DNA of 64,000 bases from an uncultured Pelagibacteraceae bacterium (GTDB lineage: Bacteria; Pseudomonadota; Alphaproteobacteria; Pelagibacterales; Pelagibacteraceae): positions 3,669-67,668 of the forward strand of contig CACPGB010000001.1 in assembly GCA_902633515.1 (NCBI GenBank), in the 5' to 3' direction. A program made the position numbers and the translations under genes. The notes below the pieces were generated by a model. It was not told where the DNA came from. It saw nothing but the letters and a program-made list of their open reading frames with translations, and searched no databases. Shown here piece by piece: positions 29,925 to 41,612 of the stretch. Within the stretch, counting starts at the first letter, position 1, and every line of letters starts with the position of its first letter.

Positions 29925-31454
29925 ATGAATTTAGTTAAGTCAACAGGGACTTTTGGTTTTTATACTATTATTAGTAGATTACTTGGTTATTTAAGAGATG
30001 TTTTGATTGCAATTTTTCTTGGAACAAGTTTTTTAGCAGATGTATTTTTTGTAGCATTTAGGATACCCAATACTTTTAGAAGATTATTTGCAGAAGGAAC
30101 CTTTAACGCAGCTTTTATACCCAGTTACACTTCAGAATTGGTAAAAAAAAAATCTAGATCACAAAAATTTGCTAACGACATTTTTAATTTATTATTTTTA
30201 GGTCTCTTGTTTTTAGTTTTAATTATAGAAATTTTCATGCCAGTTTTTGTGAGACTAATAGCGCCAGGTTTTGTTGATAACTCAGAAAAAATACAGTTGG
30301 CTGTCAATCTTACTAGATTAACTATGCCGTTTTTAATGTTTATAAGCTTATCTTCTTTTTTTGCAGCAATTTTAAATTCTCACAATAAGTTTGCTGCTGC
30401 CTCTGCAGCTCCAATAATCCTTAACTTAATTTTGATAGGAATTTTATTTTTTGGTAAATTTCTCGATGATCAACTAGTTTATTATTTATCATATGGAGTT
30501 TCTATCGCAGGATTATTACAATTCATTTTCTTGTATCAATTTGCAAAAAAATTTTATGTTATAAATCTAAACTTAAATTGTAATATTAGTAATAAAGTTA
30601 AATTTTTTTTTAAAAAACTTTTACCTAGTATTTTTTCATCCGGTGTCACACAAATAAATATTCTTGTTGGCACTATAATTGCATCTTTTCAAGCCAGTGC
30701 AGTATCTTATTTATACTATGCTGATCGGATTTATCAAATAAACTTAGCAATAGCAGGAATTGCAATAGGAGTAGTTGTTTTGCCACAACTCTCGAAACAC
30801 GTTTTTTTAAAAAAAAAAAATAAAATACTCAAACTACAAAATAAAGCACTTGAGCTTAGTATGTTTTTGAGTCTACCAGCCTCAGCCGCTTTAATTGTAG
30901 GATCAGAACAAATTATTTCAGCTTTATTCGGATATGGTTCTTTTGACGAGGTCTCAGTATCTAACTCGGCAAATGCACTTTACTATTTTGGATTAGGATT
31001 GCCTGCTTTTGCTTTAATTAAAGTATTTTCGACATTTTTTTTTGCAAATCAAGACACTAAAACACCATTTTATATTTCATTAATTTCGGTAATTTTGAAT
31101 ATTTTAATAAGTATTTATTTTTTTAGAGAAATTGGATTTATAATCATTCCTATAGCTACGACAATTTCATCATGGTCTAATGCAGCAATATTATTTGTTT
31201 ACTTGAAAAATAAAGATTTATTTAAGTTCAATGAATTATTTTTTTCAAAATTAATAAAAATACTTGGGGCATCTATACTAATGGGAATATTTTTTAATTA
31301 TTTAATTTTGTTTTTTGAAAATAAATTGACTCATGAATATAATTTTAAATCGTTTTATTTGATACTTTCAGCCTTTTTAAGTCTTATATTTTATTTGAGT
31401 TTTTCATTATTTATCAAAGCTTTCAAATATAGTGATATTAAACTAAAGTATTAA
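29925..31454 (+). CDS. murJ: Lipid II flippase MurJ
   Basis: [23 protein letters not shown]; many TM segments. Confidence 0.96.
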   Translation: MNLVKSTGTFGFYTIISRLLGYLRDVLIAIFLGTSFLADVFFVAFRIPNTFRRLFAEGTFNAAFIPSYTSELVKKKSRSQKFANDIFNLLFLGLLFLVLIIEIFMPVFVRLIAPGFVDNSEKIQLAVNLTRLTMPFLMFISLSSFFAAILNSHNKFAAASAAPIILNLILIGILFFGKFLDDQLVYYLSYGVSIAGLLQFIFLYQFAKKFYVINLNLNCNISNKVKFFFKKLLPSIFSSGVTQINILVGTIIASFQASAVSYLYYADRIYQINLAIAGIAIGVVVLPQLSKHVFLKKKNKILKLQNKALELSMFLSLPASAALIVGSEQIISALFGYGSFDEVSVSNSANALYYFGLGLPAFALIKVFSTFFFANQDTKTPFYISLISVILNILISIYFFREIGFIIIPIATTISSWSNAAILFVYLKNKDLFKFNELFFSKLIKILGASILMGIFFNYLILFFENKLTHEYNFKSFYLILSAFLSLIFYLSFSLFIKAFKYSDIKLKY

Positions 31455-31456
31455 TT

Positions 31457-32458
31457 ATGCTAAAAAAAATTTTTTCAGGTGTTCAGCCTACTGGCAATCT
31501 TCATCTTGGGAATTATTTGGGAGCGATCAAAAATTTTGTAAAACTTAACAATGAAAATCAAAATGAGTGTATGTTCTGTGTTGTTGATCTTCATGCTATT
31601 ACAGTTGCTCAGGATTCAAAAAAATTAAAAGATAATATTTATGAAACTGTAGCAACTTTTATTGCGAGTGGCATAGATCCAGAAAAAAGCATTATCTTTA
31701 ATCAATCAAGAGTGAGCGCTCATTCGGAAACAGCATGGATATTAAGTTGTGTAGCTAGGATGGGATGGCTTAATAGAATGACTCAATTTAAAGAGAAAGC
31801 TGGAAAAGATAAAGAAAAAGCAAGTATCGGACTTTATTCTTATCCTGTTTTAATGGCTGCAGATATTTTGTTATATGACACAACCCACGTACCCGTTGGA
31901 GATGATCAAAAGCAACATTTAGAACTTTGCCGAGATATAGCTCAAAAGTTTAATAATGATTTTAATGCTGACGATTTTTTTAAAATTCCTGAGCCATTAA
32001 TTCAAAAAGAGTTTTCAAGGATTATGAGCTTGAAAGATGGTACAAAAAAAATGAGTAAATCTGAATTATCAGATCTGAGTAGGATAAATTTAACAGATGA
32101 CAAAGACCAAATGATAAATAAAATTAAAAAAGCAAAAACTGATACTCTGCAATTACCATCCACTAGTGCAAATTTAGAAAAAAGACCTGAAGCAAAGAAT
32201 TTGATTAGTATTTATTCTAGTTTAATGGATGTAAGTTTAGAGGATACAATAAATAAATTTTCTGGAAAAAATTTTTCTGAATTTAAAGAAGATTTATCAC
32301 AAGTTATGGTTGATAAAATTAGTCCAATATCGTTTGAAATAAAAAAGCTATTAAGTGAAAAAAAATATTTAGATAAAATATTATCTGAGGGGTCTCAAAA
32401 AGCAGATAAAATAGCCTCAGAAAAGGTAAAAAAAATCCAAGAACTCGTTGGTTTTTAG
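31457..32458 (+). CDS. trpS: Tryptophan--tRNA ligase
   Basis: [33 protein letters not shown]. Confidence 0.98.
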   Translation: MLKKIFSGVQPTGNLHLGNYLGAIKNFVKLNNENQNECMFCVVDLHAITVAQDSKKLKDNIYETVATFIASGIDPEKSIIFNQSRVSAHSETAWILSCVARMGWLNRMTQFKEKAGKDKEKASIGLYSYPVLMAADILLYDTTHVPVGDDQKQHLELCRDIAQKFNNDFNADDFFKIPEPLIQKEFSRIMSLKDGTKKMSKSELSDLSRINLTDDKDQMINKIKKAKTDTLQLPSTSANLEKRPEAKNLISIYSSLMDVSLEDTINKFSGKNFSEFKEDLSQVMVDKISPISFEIKKLLSEKKYLDKILSEGSQKADKIASEKVKKIQELVGF

Positions 32459-32510
32459 GATTTTTTTATTAACAAGTTTCATTTTTATAATTATTGATTA
32501 TATATAAACC

Positions 32511-33050
32511 ATGTTTGTTCAGACTGAAGTAACACCGAACCCAAATTCTTTAAAATTCTTACCTGGTAAGAGTGTTTCAAATAAAGGGTCATTTGAAATT
32601 ACACAAAAAGATCAAACTAATAACGAGTTAGTTAAAAATTTGTTATCCATAAATGGCGTTGAGGGCATTTTTCTGGGTAAAGATTTTATCTCAATAAATA
32701 AATATGACGATACATCATGGGATGAAATTAAACATATAGTAATTTCTTTGATTAATGATTTTTACTCAAGTGGAAAAAAATGTGTTGTTGAAAATACCCT
32801 AATTGAAAATAATGAAAATTTAAAAGATATAGAAAAAAAAATAGTTAAAATATTGGATGAAAAAATCAGACCTGCAGTTGCTAAAGATGGTGGTGATATT
32901 AAATTTAAGGAGTTTAAAGATGGTATAGTTAAAGTGCAGCTGCAAGGGAGTTGTTCGGGTTGCCCAAGTTCAACTATGACATTAAAACAAGGTGTTCAAA
33001 ATCTTCTTTGTCATTATTTACCAGAAGTTAAAAAAGTTGAGGCTCTTTAA
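32511..33050 (+). CDS. NifU/Nfu Fe-S cluster carrier
   Basis: TPNPNSLKF, IRPAVAKDGGD, GSCSGCPSS. Confidence 0.94.
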   Translation: MFVQTEVTPNPNSLKFLPGKSVSNKGSFEITQKDQTNNELVKNLLSINGVEGIFLGKDFISINKYDDTSWDEIKHIVISLINDFYSSGKKCVVENTLIENNENLKDIEKKIVKILDEKIRPAVAKDGGDIKFKEFKDGIVKVQLQGSCSGCPSSTMTLKQGVQNLLCHYLPEVKKVEAL

Positions 33051-34199
33051 ATGTTTAGTTTTAAATTTAAAAATTTAAAATTTTTAAATCGACTAATTTT
33101 TTTTAAGTCAAAATTTTATATTCTTAAAATGAAAAGAAAGAACTTAAAAATATTTAAGTTTTTTGATGATAGAAAAATTGGTGCAATCCCAAGAATATTT
33201 TTAACCTGTATTTTTGTTGTATTTTCTTTTTATTATATGCCTTCAATAATTAATTTTTTTAATAATCAACTTTTAGAAGACAAAGAATTTCAAAATAACT
33301 CTAAAGCTATATTAGCTTATACACTTAATAAAAAAGATAGCATTGAGTCAGATGAGGGAGATTTAAATGAAAAAGACTTATTAATTGATATTTTCAGTCT
33401 CAACGATCTTGAAACTGACACAGTAAGATTAAATGCATCTACAATTAAACAATTATTTCAAGACACTGATTACAAACTTGATGATGTAAGGGAAACAAAA
33501 TTAGTTAAACCTGTTGCATTAACTTTGCTCCCTGGTGAAATCAAAATGATTGAAAGCACTAAAAAAAGAAAAGAGTTTTTTATTCAAATTGTTTTACCTT
33601 TAGTTTTAAAAGAAAATAACAACATAAGATTGGATAGGAAAACCTTGTTTAAGATTATAAACAAAAATAGTAACACTAAATTAGAGAAAAAATGGCTTGA
33701 AAAAAAATATAAACAATATGGAGTAATATCAAAAGATTTATCAACACTTAAAATAAGGATGGACGAAATACCAGTTTCCTTAGCACTTGCTCAAGCTGCA
33801 AAAGAAACAGGATGGGGAACATCAAGATTTGCACAAGAGGGAAATGCACTCTTTGGGCAATGGACTTGGTCAGGTGAGGGTTTAAAGCCTAAAGAAGCTG
33901 ATGAGAACAAAGGTCACAAAGTGATGAAATTTAATGTATTACAAGCCTCAGTTAGAGCTTATCAAAGAAATTTAAATACACATGCATCATATAAAAACTT
34001 TAGACTTGCCAGAGCCCATTTAAGAGATAATGATCAAGCTTTAGATAGTTTAATTCTTTCGCAATTTTTAAAAAATTATGCAGAAACTGGAAATCAATAT
34101 ATCGAGGTTTTACAAAAAATAATTAAACAAAATAATTTAAAAGATTTTGATAACGCCAAGCTACTTCCTTCTAGCAAAGAACTTGAAAGTTTAATTTAA
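33051..34199 (+). CDS. Bax-like glucosaminidase-domain (GH73-type) protein
   Basis: AQAAKETGWGTSRFAQEGNALFGQWTW, NLNTH, YAE; the true start may be 33129. Confidence 0.85.
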   Translation: MFSFKFKNLKFLNRLIFFKSKFYILKMKRKNLKIFKFFDDRKIGAIPRIFLTCIFVVFSFYYMPSIINFFNNQLLEDKEFQNNSKAILAYTLNKKDSIESDEGDLNEKDLLIDIFSLNDLETDTVRLNASTIKQLFQDTDYKLDDVRETKLVKPVALTLLPGEIKMIESTKKRKEFFIQIVLPLVLKENNNIRLDRKTLFKIINKNSNTKLEKKWLEKKYKQYGVISKDLSTLKIRMDEIPVSLALAQAAKETGWGTSRFAQEGNALFGQWTWSGEGLKPKEADENKGHKVMKFNVLQASVRAYQRNLNTHASYKNFRLARAHLRDNDQALDSLILSQFLKNYAETGNQYIEVLQKIIKQNNLKDFDNAKLLPSSKELESLI

Positions 34200-35257
34200 T
34201 TTTCCATTATAACAAATTGAGTTCCAAACCAACGCCATTTGCCATTATCATTTAAGGAACAATTTATTCTTCCACGTCTTGGTAAAAATTTGGACTTAAA
34301 ATTTATATAAAGAACTTTTTTTTCAAATACTAAATTTGGTTTACCCCATGAACCACCATCATTCGAATAACAATTAATATTTTCAATATTTTTTTGATTA
34401 TCAAAAAATTCCACAATTAATTTAGGTGGATTATTTTTATTTTTTAATTTTTTTTCTATTGGTTTAAGAGATTTATATTCTAGCGGATTGTATTTTATTA
34501 AAGAGTTAAATCGTTTTAAATCTCCATACTTTTCATTTATAGGAAATCTTGGTAATTCAAATTTATCTTTATTGTTATCAATTATTCCCGAGTGTTGTCC
34601 AAAAGCAACTTCAAAATTTTTTGATATATAATTCTTCATAAAAAGAGAATATTCACCAAAAGGATATGAAAATATTGTTGGGACATACCCCAATTTATCT
34701 TTAAAAATTTTAGTTGCTGTTTCTATATCATTAATAAATTCTTTCTCTGTCATATTAATTAGATATTCATGTGTATGTGAATGGTGTCCAATATAGCCTA
34801 TATCTGAATCGTTGATCTCTTTTATTTCATTCCAAGTCATATACCCTTTTTTACCAACAGGCTCAGTAGATACAAATAAGATGAACGGAATTTTATTTTT
34901 TTTAAGATATGGCCAGGCTTCATTATAAAATGATTTAAATCCATCATCAATCGTAATTAAAATTTTCTTCTCTTTTTTTACTTTCTCAAATTCATATAAA
35001 AAATTATTAGGGTCATAAAATTTAAATCCCTGATTTTCAATAATTTTCATTTGTTCGTCAAATACATTCATTTTTATGTTTGTTGATGGATATTTATTTT
35101 CATTAAAGCGATGATACATTAATGATAATACACCACTATCTTTAGAATAAGATTTGATATTATTATCCTGTGAAATAGAATTAACTAAAAATAAAAATTG
35201 TAAAATGAATAAGCTTATTATAGATGCTGCTAAGGATAAAATTTTTTTAATGATCAT
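34196..35257 (-). CDS. Polysaccharide deacetylase (CE4), exported
   Basis: Signal peptide, MYHR, TIDDG, HSHTH, FSYPFGE, LPRF. Confidence 0.9.
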   Translation of the reverse strand: MIIKKILSLAASIISLFILQFLFLVNSISQDNNIKSYSKDSGVLSLMYHRFNENKYPSTNIKMNVFDEQMKIIENQGFKFYDPNNFLYEFEKVKKEKKILITIDDGFKSFYNEAWPYLKKNKIPFILFVSTEPVGKKGYMTWNEIKEINDSDIGYIGHHSHTHEYLINMTEKEFINDIETATKIFKDKLGYVPTIFSYPFGEYSLFMKNYISKNFEVAFGQHSGIIDNNKDKFELPRFPINEKYGDLKRFNSLIKYNPLEYKSLKPIEKKLKNKNNPPKLIVEFFDNQKNIENINCYSNDGGSWGKPNLVFEKKVLYINFKSKFLPRRGRINCSLNDNGKWRWFGTQFVIMEN

Positions 35258-35591
35258 CAATAATGATATTAATTACAGCATTACACATGAAAATTCCAAA
35301 ATAAATTTTGAAAAATTAACAATTTTAATTAATGATTTTCTAATTAAAAAAAAATTAAGTTTGAATATGATTTCACAAATTTATGTCAATCGGGGTCCAG
35401 GAAGTTTTGCTGGGATAAGAAATTCCTTGTCAGTCGTTAAAGCTTTTTATTTAACCAATAAAATTGACTATTATTGTTTTAGTTTTGAGGATTTTAGCGA
35501 AAAAAATGAGACTAAATACGAAAATATACCAAGACTTTGTGGTAAATTGAAAGTTGAAAAAAATTTGATTAATCCTATTTATTTAAGTTAA
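35205..35591 (+). CDS. tsaB: Short TsaB-like t6A biosynthesis protein, 128 aa
   Basis: LIIDAA start and VNRGPGSFAGIR motif; lies between nfu and fur-miaB. Confidence 0.7.
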   Translation: MNKLIIDAAKDKIFLMIINNDINYSITHENSKINFEKLTILINDFLIKKKLSLNMISQIYVNRGPGSFAGIRNSLSVVKAFYLTNKIDYYCFSFEDFSEKNETKYENIPRLCGKLKVEKNLINPIYLS

Positions 35592-35599
35592 AATCAGTT

Positions 35600-36037
35600 A
35601 TGTCAGATTCGATTGAACAGCAATGCATATCTAAAGGGGTAAAGCTAACAGAACAAAGGCGAATAATTGCCAAGGTAATTTCTGAGTCAAAATCTGCATA
35701 TGGTGAATCTGATCATCCAGATGTTGATGAATTATACAATCGTGTGTCTAAAATTGATCCAAAAATAAGCATAGCCACAATTTATAGAACAGTTAAACTT
35801 TTTGAAGAAGCTGGAATTTTAACTAAACATGATTTTAAAGGTGGTAAGGCTAGATATGAAGCAATGATAGAAAGTCATCATGATCATTTGATTGATATTA
35901 AATCTGGAGAAATAATAGAATTCGTTGACGAAGAAATTGAGGAATTACAAAAGAAAGTTGCTAAAAAATATGGCTATAAGCTAGTAGACCATAAACTTGA
36001 GTTATATGGTGTTAAAGTAAACCCAAAAGATGAATAA
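35600..36037 (+). CDS. fur: Fur/Mur-family transcriptional regulator
   Basis: LTEQRR, DHPDVDELY, ATIYRTVKLF, HHDHLID. Confidence 0.92.
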   Translation: MSDSIEQQCISKGVKLTEQRRIIAKVISESKSAYGESDHPDVDELYNRVSKIDPKISIATIYRTVKLFEEAGILTKHDFKGGKARYEAMIESHHDHLIDIKSGEIIEFVDEEIEELQKKVAKKYGYKLVDHKLELYGVKVNPKDE

Positions 36038-37358
36038 AAAAATATTTATTAAAACTTTTGGTTGTCAAATGAACGAATACGATACCAACAGAATATTCGA
36101 TACTGTAAGGGAAATAGGTTTTGTTAAAACTGAAAATTTAGATGAGTCCAATTGTTATTTGTTAAATACTTGTCACATCCGAGATAAAGCTAAAGAAAAG
36201 GTTTACCATGAGATTGGAAGAGTTAAAAAAAATTTTAGATCACGAAAAAAACCAATCGTAATAGTTGCTGGTTGTGTAGCACAAGCCGAGAATGAGGAAA
36301 TGATCAAAAGAGAGCCTTATATTGATATTGTAATTGGACCACAAGCTTATCATAAGATAAATGATAAAATTGAAGAATTTTTAGCTAAACAAAAAAAAAT
36401 AGATGAGACTGAATTTGATGCCATTACAAAATTTAATTATTTTGATAATATTAAAAATTCATCAAAAAAAATTTCATCGTTTTTAACTATTCAAGAAGGT
36501 TGTGATAAATTTTGTCATTTTTGTGTTGTACCGTTTACAAGAGGTCCGGAATATTCTAGACCATTTGAAAAAATAATAGAGGAGGCTGCGGATTTATCAG
36601 AAAATGGAGTTCGTGAAATAACACTACTAGGTCAAAATGTTAATGCTTATAATTATGAGAATTATAGGTTGTCAGATTTAATTTTAGAAATAGAAAAGAT
36701 AGATGGAATAAAAAGAATTAGATATACAACCTCTCACCCAAGAGATATGACAGAAGATCTTATCAATGTATATGGTGTTTCAAAGAAATTAATGCCCTTA
36801 GTTCACCTGCCTGTTCAGAGTGGATCAGATAAGATCCTCAATTCAATGAATAGAAAACATCAGATAAGTGATTATGTTAATACTTACGAAAAACTTCAAA
36901 AAATTAACCCAAAAATAAAGTTTTCGAGTGATTTTATAATTGCCTATCCAGGTGAGAATGAGAAGGACTTTAATGAAACTTGTGATTTAATTAAAAAAAT
37001 TAAATTTATAAATTCTTTTTCTTTCATATTTAGTCCAAGACCAGGAACAACCGCAGCAAATTTTGGTTTAATAGATAAAAAAATTTCTCTTACAAGATTA
37101 GAAAAAGTTCAAAAACAGTTATTTACCAATCAAATTAATATGAATAAATCACTTGAGGGTAAGGAAATAGATGTTTTAGTTGAAAATAAAATAGATGGTG
37201 GCACAAAGTTTTTTGGTCGTTCAGATTACATGACTTCAGTTATTTTTGATGGTAATGATTTAGATATGGGAAATGTTATAAAAGTAAAAATAAGTCGTAG
37301 TAATCAAAATACATTGTTTGGTAAAAGTTTAGATAACTTAGAACAAAGAGTGACTTAA
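36030..37358 (+). CDS. miaB: tRNA-2-methylthio-N6-dimethylallyladenosine synthase MiaB
   Basis: TFGCQMN, NTC, GCVAQ, radical-SAM motif CDKFCHFC, TRAM domain. Confidence 0.96.
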   Translation: MNKKIFIKTFGCQMNEYDTNRIFDTVREIGFVKTENLDESNCYLLNTCHIRDKAKEKVYHEIGRVKKNFRSRKKPIVIVAGCVAQAENEEMIKREPYIDIVIGPQAYHKINDKIEEFLAKQKKIDETEFDAITKFNYFDNIKNSSKKISSFLTIQEGCDKFCHFCVVPFTRGPEYSRPFEKIIEEAADLSENGVREITLLGQNVNAYNYENYRLSDLILEIEKIDGIKRIRYTTSHPRDMTEDLINVYGVSKKLMPLVHLPVQSGSDKILNSMNRKHQISDYVNTYEKLQKINPKIKFSSDFIIAYPGENEKDFNETCDLIKKIKFINSFSFIFSPRPGTTAANFGLIDKKISLTRLEKVQKQLFTNQINMNKSLEGKEIDVLVENKIDGGTKFFGRSDYMTSVIFDGNDLDMGNVIKVKISRSNQNTLFGKSLDNLEQRVT

Positions 37359-37360
37359 GT

Positions 37361-38362
37361 TTGAGTATTACTATTAAAAAAGATATCAATTCATCACTAA
37401 AATTTGTTTATTCAGAAAATAATTCAATTAGTGTAATTTTCAACGAGAATGACCTCCTGATGGGAGTAGTTGGTGAATTTAACCAAAACCTGAAAGAATT
37501 AGAAAAAATAACCAATTCAAGTATTTATTCCAGAGGAAATTCAATCTTAATTAAATCAACCTCAGAAAAAAATGAAATTTTGAAGAATGCAATTCAATTT
37601 CTTGCAAATCAATTTGAAAATAATGGTAGTATAGAACAAAAAGATATTTTATCCTCAGTTGATCAATTTATGATAAATGAAAAAGTAAAAAATACAAACG
37701 TTACTGACATAATCAAAACTCCAAAAAAATCTATAATTCCAAGGTCAGAAAAACAAAAAGAGTATGTTAGAGCATTGAGACAAAATGAAATAATAATATC
37801 TGCTGGACCTGCTGGTACAGGAAAAACCTTTCTTGCTGTTGCTGTAGGTTTAACAATGTTGTTAGAAAAAAAAATAGAGAGAATTATACTTTCTAGACCT
37901 GCGGTTGAGGCAGGTGAGAGACTAGGATTCCTACCAGGAGATATGAAAGAGAAAGTTGATCCATATCTACGTCCTTTGTATGATTCGTTGTATGACCTGT
38001 TTCATTTTGAAAAAATTCAGAGAATGATAGAAATTGGCGACATTGAAATTGCTCCTTTAGCTTTTATGAGAGGAAGAACTTTAAAAAATTCTTTTGCAAT
38101 TTTAGACGAAGCTCAAAATGCCACTGATACACAGATCAAAATGTTTCTTACTAGGATAGGCGAAAATTCAAAAATAGTTGTCAATGGTGATCCTACTCAA
38201 ATAGATTTAACTAATAAAAAAATGTCAGGTTTAGAAAGATCAAAAAAGATATTATCAAATTTAAGTGAGATTGCAGTTATAGACTTTGATCACTCAGATG
38301 TTGTGAGACATCCTTTAGTTTCAAAAATTGTGAAAGCGTACAACAATAATGATCAAAGTTAA
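37361..38362 (+). CDS. phoH: PhoH-family ATPase (YbeZ)
   Basis: GPAGTGKT, LGFLPG, MRGRT, DEAQN, VRHPLV. Confidence 0.95.
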   Translation: MSITIKKDINSSLKFVYSENNSISVIFNENDLLMGVVGEFNQNLKELEKITNSSIYSRGNSILIKSTSEKNEILKNAIQFLANQFENNGSIEQKDILSSVDQFMINEKVKNTNVTDIIKTPKKSIIPRSEKQKEYVRALRQNEIIISAGPAGTGKTFLAVAVGLTMLLEKKIERIILSRPAVEAGERLGFLPGDMKEKVDPYLRPLYDSLYDLFHFEKIQRMIEIGDIEIAPLAFMRGRTLKNSFAILDEAQNATDTQIKMFLTRIGENSKIVVNGDPTQIDLTNKKMSGLERSKKILSNLSEIAVIDFDHSDVVRHPLVSKIVKAYNNNDQS

Positions 38363-38816
38363 TGTGCTTTCAGAGGAAAATGCTTGGGCAAAAAAAATAA
38401 AAAAAAAAGAGTTATTTTTTAATAAAGTTTGTAACAAGTTTCCAAAAAAATATAGATTTATCAACAAAAAAATTTATTTAACGCTGCTACTATCAAATAA
38501 TAAAGAAATAAAAATTTTAAATAAAAAATTTCGAAAAAAGAATAAGCATACTGATGTGCTTTCTTTTCCATTTAATAAAAAACAAAAAAAATTAAAAGAA
38601 AATTATCTTGGTGATATAATTATAAGTTTTAATTATATGAATAAGCCAAAAAATTTAGATAATTATGAATTTAAAATTAAAACAATAAAAATTTTTATAC
38701 ATGGTTTTTTACATTTATTAGGTCATGATCATCAAAAAAATGAGGAGTATAAACAGATGTTAAATGAAGAAAAAAAAATTTTTAAATCTATAGAAAAAAC
38801 CTCCATTTTAAATTGA
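38349..38816 (+). CDS. ybeY: rRNA maturation endoribonuclease YbeY
   Basis: TDVLSF, LGDI, HGFLHLLGHDH. Confidence 0.95.
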   Translation: MIKVNVLSEENAWAKKIKKKELFFNKVCNKFPKKYRFINKKIYLTLLLSNNKEIKILNKKFRKKNKHTDVLSFPFNKKQKKLKENYLGDIIISFNYMNKPKNLDNYEFKIKTIKIFIHGFLHLLGHDHQKNEEYKQMLNEEKKIFKSIEKTSILN

Positions 38817-40351
38817 AAAAAAATTTTATATTTGAGACTTTATTGATAATTTTTTTAGGAAGCTTAACTTCCTTAAGTCTACCTCCTTATAATTTTTTTT
38901 TTTTAAATTTTTTTACATTTAGTTTTTTTTTTATTTTTTTATTTCAGAGACTAAAACAAGGAATAAAAAAATTCTTTTATTATGGATGGTTGTTTGGTTT
39001 TAATTATTTTTTGTTCAGTTTGTATTGGTTAACTATATCTTTAAGTTTTGATGAAAGTTTTAATTTTTTAATTCCCATATCTTTAATTGTCATTCCGGCA
39101 TTTTTAGGTTTATTTTATGCATTATGTATTGCTATTTTTTATCTATTCAAACCGAAAAATATATTAAGTGCTTTTTTTCTATTTTCTCTTTTGTTTGGTT
39201 TAATAGAGTTTATTAGAGGAACAATTTTAACTGGGTTCCCTTGGAACTTGGTAATTTATAGTTTCTCTGAAATTAATAGTTTCTTGAGTATTTTGTCAAT
39301 AATAGGAACTTATTCATTAAATCTTATAGTAGTAAGTTTTTTTACAGCTCCCGCCCTTTTCATATTTAGAAAATCTAAAAAAGAAGTGGTTGTATGTATC
39401 TTTTTATTATTATTGCCTATCACTTTTTATACATACGGGGAATTTTTAAAAAAAAATTTTTATAATAGTAAAGAGAAAGAACTTCCTTTTACAGTTAGAG
39501 CAATTGGAGCAAATATCAGTTTAGATAGGTACTATAAAAACATTAATGCAGAGAGTGTGATTAATGAGCTAATTTCAATTAGTTCACCTATTGAAGAAAA
39601 AAAAATATTTTTTGTATGGCCAGAGGGAATTATACCTAATACTTATGAAGATCAATTAGATTTATACAATGACATATTTGAAAAATATTTTAGTGAAAAT
39701 CATTTAATCGGTTTAGGAATAACAAGCAGAAAAACTGTTAACAATGATTACAATTATTACAATTCATTTTCAATATTTGATAGTAGAGTAAATTTAATTG
39801 AAAATTATAACAAAATTAAACTGGTACCTTTCGGTGAATTTGTTCCTATTGAAAATATTCTCAACAAACTCGGTTTAAAAACAATCACAAATAATATCGG
39901 ATCATTTGATAAAGGTGTCAACAGAAAAATTATTAAAATCCAAGATGATCTTAAACAAATAAATTTTTTACCATTAATTTGTTATGAAATTATATATAGT
40001 GGAAATTTGACTGAAGATTTTGATTTCGATTTTATATTGAATATTTCAGAAGATGGATGGTTTGGTAAATCCATTGGACCTAAACAACATTTTATTCATA
40101 GTAAATTTAGAGCAATCGAAAATGGAAAGTATATAATTAGATCATCTAATAACGGAATGGCAGCAATTATAAATCCATTAGGTTATATCGAGAATAAAAT
40201 AGATTATGGAGTTTCAGGTCACATTGATTTAGAAGGCATAAGAGATTTTAAACCAACATTGTTTTCTCAGTATGGAAATAAAATATTTTTCACATTAATT
40301 TTGTTGTATATTGTTTTAACTTTTTTATTTAATAGAATCAAAAATGAGTGA
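38813..40351 (+). CDS. lnt: Apolipoprotein N-acyltransferase
   Basis: TGFPW, WPE, KLVPFGE, ICYE. Confidence 0.95.
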   Translation: MKKNFIFETLLIIFLGSLTSLSLPPYNFFFLNFFTFSFFFIFLFQRLKQGIKKFFYYGWLFGFNYFLFSLYWLTISLSFDESFNFLIPISLIVIPAFLGLFYALCIAIFYLFKPKNILSAFFLFSLLFGLIEFIRGTILTGFPWNLVIYSFSEINSFLSILSIIGTYSLNLIVVSFFTAPALFIFRKSKKEVVVCIFLLLLPITFYTYGEFLKKNFYNSKEKELPFTVRAIGANISLDRYYKNINAESVINELISISSPIEEKKIFFVWPEGIIPNTYEDQLDLYNDIFEKYFSENHLIGLGITSRKTVNNDYNYYNSFSIFDSRVNLIENYNKIKLVPFGEFVPIENILNKLGLKTITNNIGSFDKGVNRKIIKIQDDLKQINFLPLICYEIIYSGNLTEDFDFDFILNISEDGWFGKSIGPKQHFIHSKFRAIENGKYIIRSSNNGMAAIINPLGYIENKIDYGVSGHIDLEGIRDFKPTLFSQYGNKIFFTLILLYIVLTFLFNRIKNE

Positions 40352-41513
40352 TTTAAAAAATTTTCTTTTTACAAGTGAGTCTGTTTCAGAGGGACACCCA
40401 GATAAAGTGTCGGATAGGATATCTGACATGGTGGTAGACACTTATTTGTCTACCGATCCATATTCGAGAGTTGCATGTGAAACTCTCACAACTACCAATA
40501 AAGTTGTATTAGCTGGTGAGGTTAGAGGACCAGAAATTAAAAAAGATGATTTAATCAATAAGGTAAGAGAATGCATTAAAGACATTGGATATGATCAAGA
40601 TGGTTTTACTTGGAAAGAAGCTACAAAAATAGAAAGTCATCTTCATTCACAGTCAAGTGACATTGCGATGGGTGTAGATCCTTCAGGAAATAAAGATGAG
40701 GGTGCAGGAGATCAAGGTATTATGTTTGGTTATGCCTGTAATGAAACTGATGTTTTAATGCCAGCACCGATTCATTTTTCCCATAAAATTTTAAGGTTAA
40801 TGGCTGAAGATAGAAAATTAGGTAGATTAAAAAATATAGAACCAGACTCTAAAAGTCAGGTAACTTTTGAATACGAAAATGGTAAACCGTCAAAAGTTAG
40901 ATCAGTTGTAATATCTTCTCAGCATACTGCAAATGTTAATCAAGAACAGGTTAGAGAATTATTGAGACCATATTTGATAAATTCTATACCAAAAAATTTT
41001 TTGGAGGGTTTTAATGAGGATGAATTTTATGTAAATCCAACTGGAAATTTTGTAATAGGAGGTCCTGATGGAGATTGCGGCCTAACAGGTAGAAAAATTA
41101 TCGTAGATACTTATGGTGGTGCTGCTCCACATGGTGGAGGAGCTTTTTCTGGAAAAGATCCAACTAAAGTTGACAGGTCCGCAGCTTATGCAGCCAGATA
41201 TATTGCCAAAAATGTTGTTGCATCGAAAATTTCTGATAAATGTTTGATTCAATTAGCTTATGCAATTGGTGTTTCAAAACCTTTATCTATTTATGTAAAT
41301 CTTTTTGATAATGATTTAGATAAGAATAAATTTGTTGAAGATAAGATTAAAGAAAGTTTTGATCTTAGCCCAAGAGGAATAAGAGAGATGTTGGGGCTTA
41401 ATAAACCTATATATGAAAAAACATCTGCATATGGGCATTTTGGAAGAGAGCCAGATAAAGAAGGTGCTTTTTCTTGGGAAAATACCAACAAATCTGACAT
41501 TTTCTCAAAATAG
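40344..41513 (+). CDS. metK: S-adenosylmethionine synthetase
   Basis: [26 protein letters not shown]. Confidence 0.98.
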   Translation: MSDLKNFLFTSESVSEGHPDKVSDRISDMVVDTYLSTDPYSRVACETLTTTNKVVLAGEVRGPEIKKDDLINKVRECIKDIGYDQDGFTWKEATKIESHLHSQSSDIAMGVDPSGNKDEGAGDQGIMFGYACNETDVLMPAPIHFSHKILRLMAEDRKLGRLKNIEPDSKSQVTFEYENGKPSKVRSVVISSQHTANVNQEQVRELLRPYLINSIPKNFLEGFNEDEFYVNPTGNFVIGGPDGDCGLTGRKIIVDTYGGAAPHGGGAFSGKDPTKVDRSAAYAARYIAKNVVASKISDKCLIQLAYAIGVSKPLSIYVNLFDNDLDKNKFVEDKIKESFDLSPRGIREMLGLNKPIYEKTSAYGHFGREPDKEGAFSWENTNKSDIFSK

Positions 41514-41570
41514 TTTTTATTGAAAAATAAAAAAAAACTTTTATATATTCATTTACATTGTTGAATTATT

Positions 41571-41597
41571 AAAATGGGCTGTAGCCCATTTTTTTTT
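41571..41597 (+). terminator. Terminator/attenuator hairpin in the nusA leader (rimP-leader-like)
   Basis: ATGGGC-TGTA-GCCCAT plus a T tract, ending right before SD GGAG (41598-41601) and ATG 41613. Confidence 0.75.
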
Positions 41598-41612
41598 GGA
41601 GTAAACAAAATT

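Noticed and set aside
30801-30822. Long A/T homopolymers (for example in murJ, ybeY and the L,D-transpeptidase) as phase-variation tracts
   Set aside because: Frames are intact and Lys/Phe codon runs are expected at this AT content
40300-40344. SAM riboswitch upstream of metK
   Set aside because: metK overlaps the end of lnt, leaving no leader, and I recognised no aptamer motif
41574-41612. N-terminal extension of NusA (MGCSPFFFG...) in the ORF track
   Set aside because: It translates the leader hairpin; the SD GGAG supports ATG 41613
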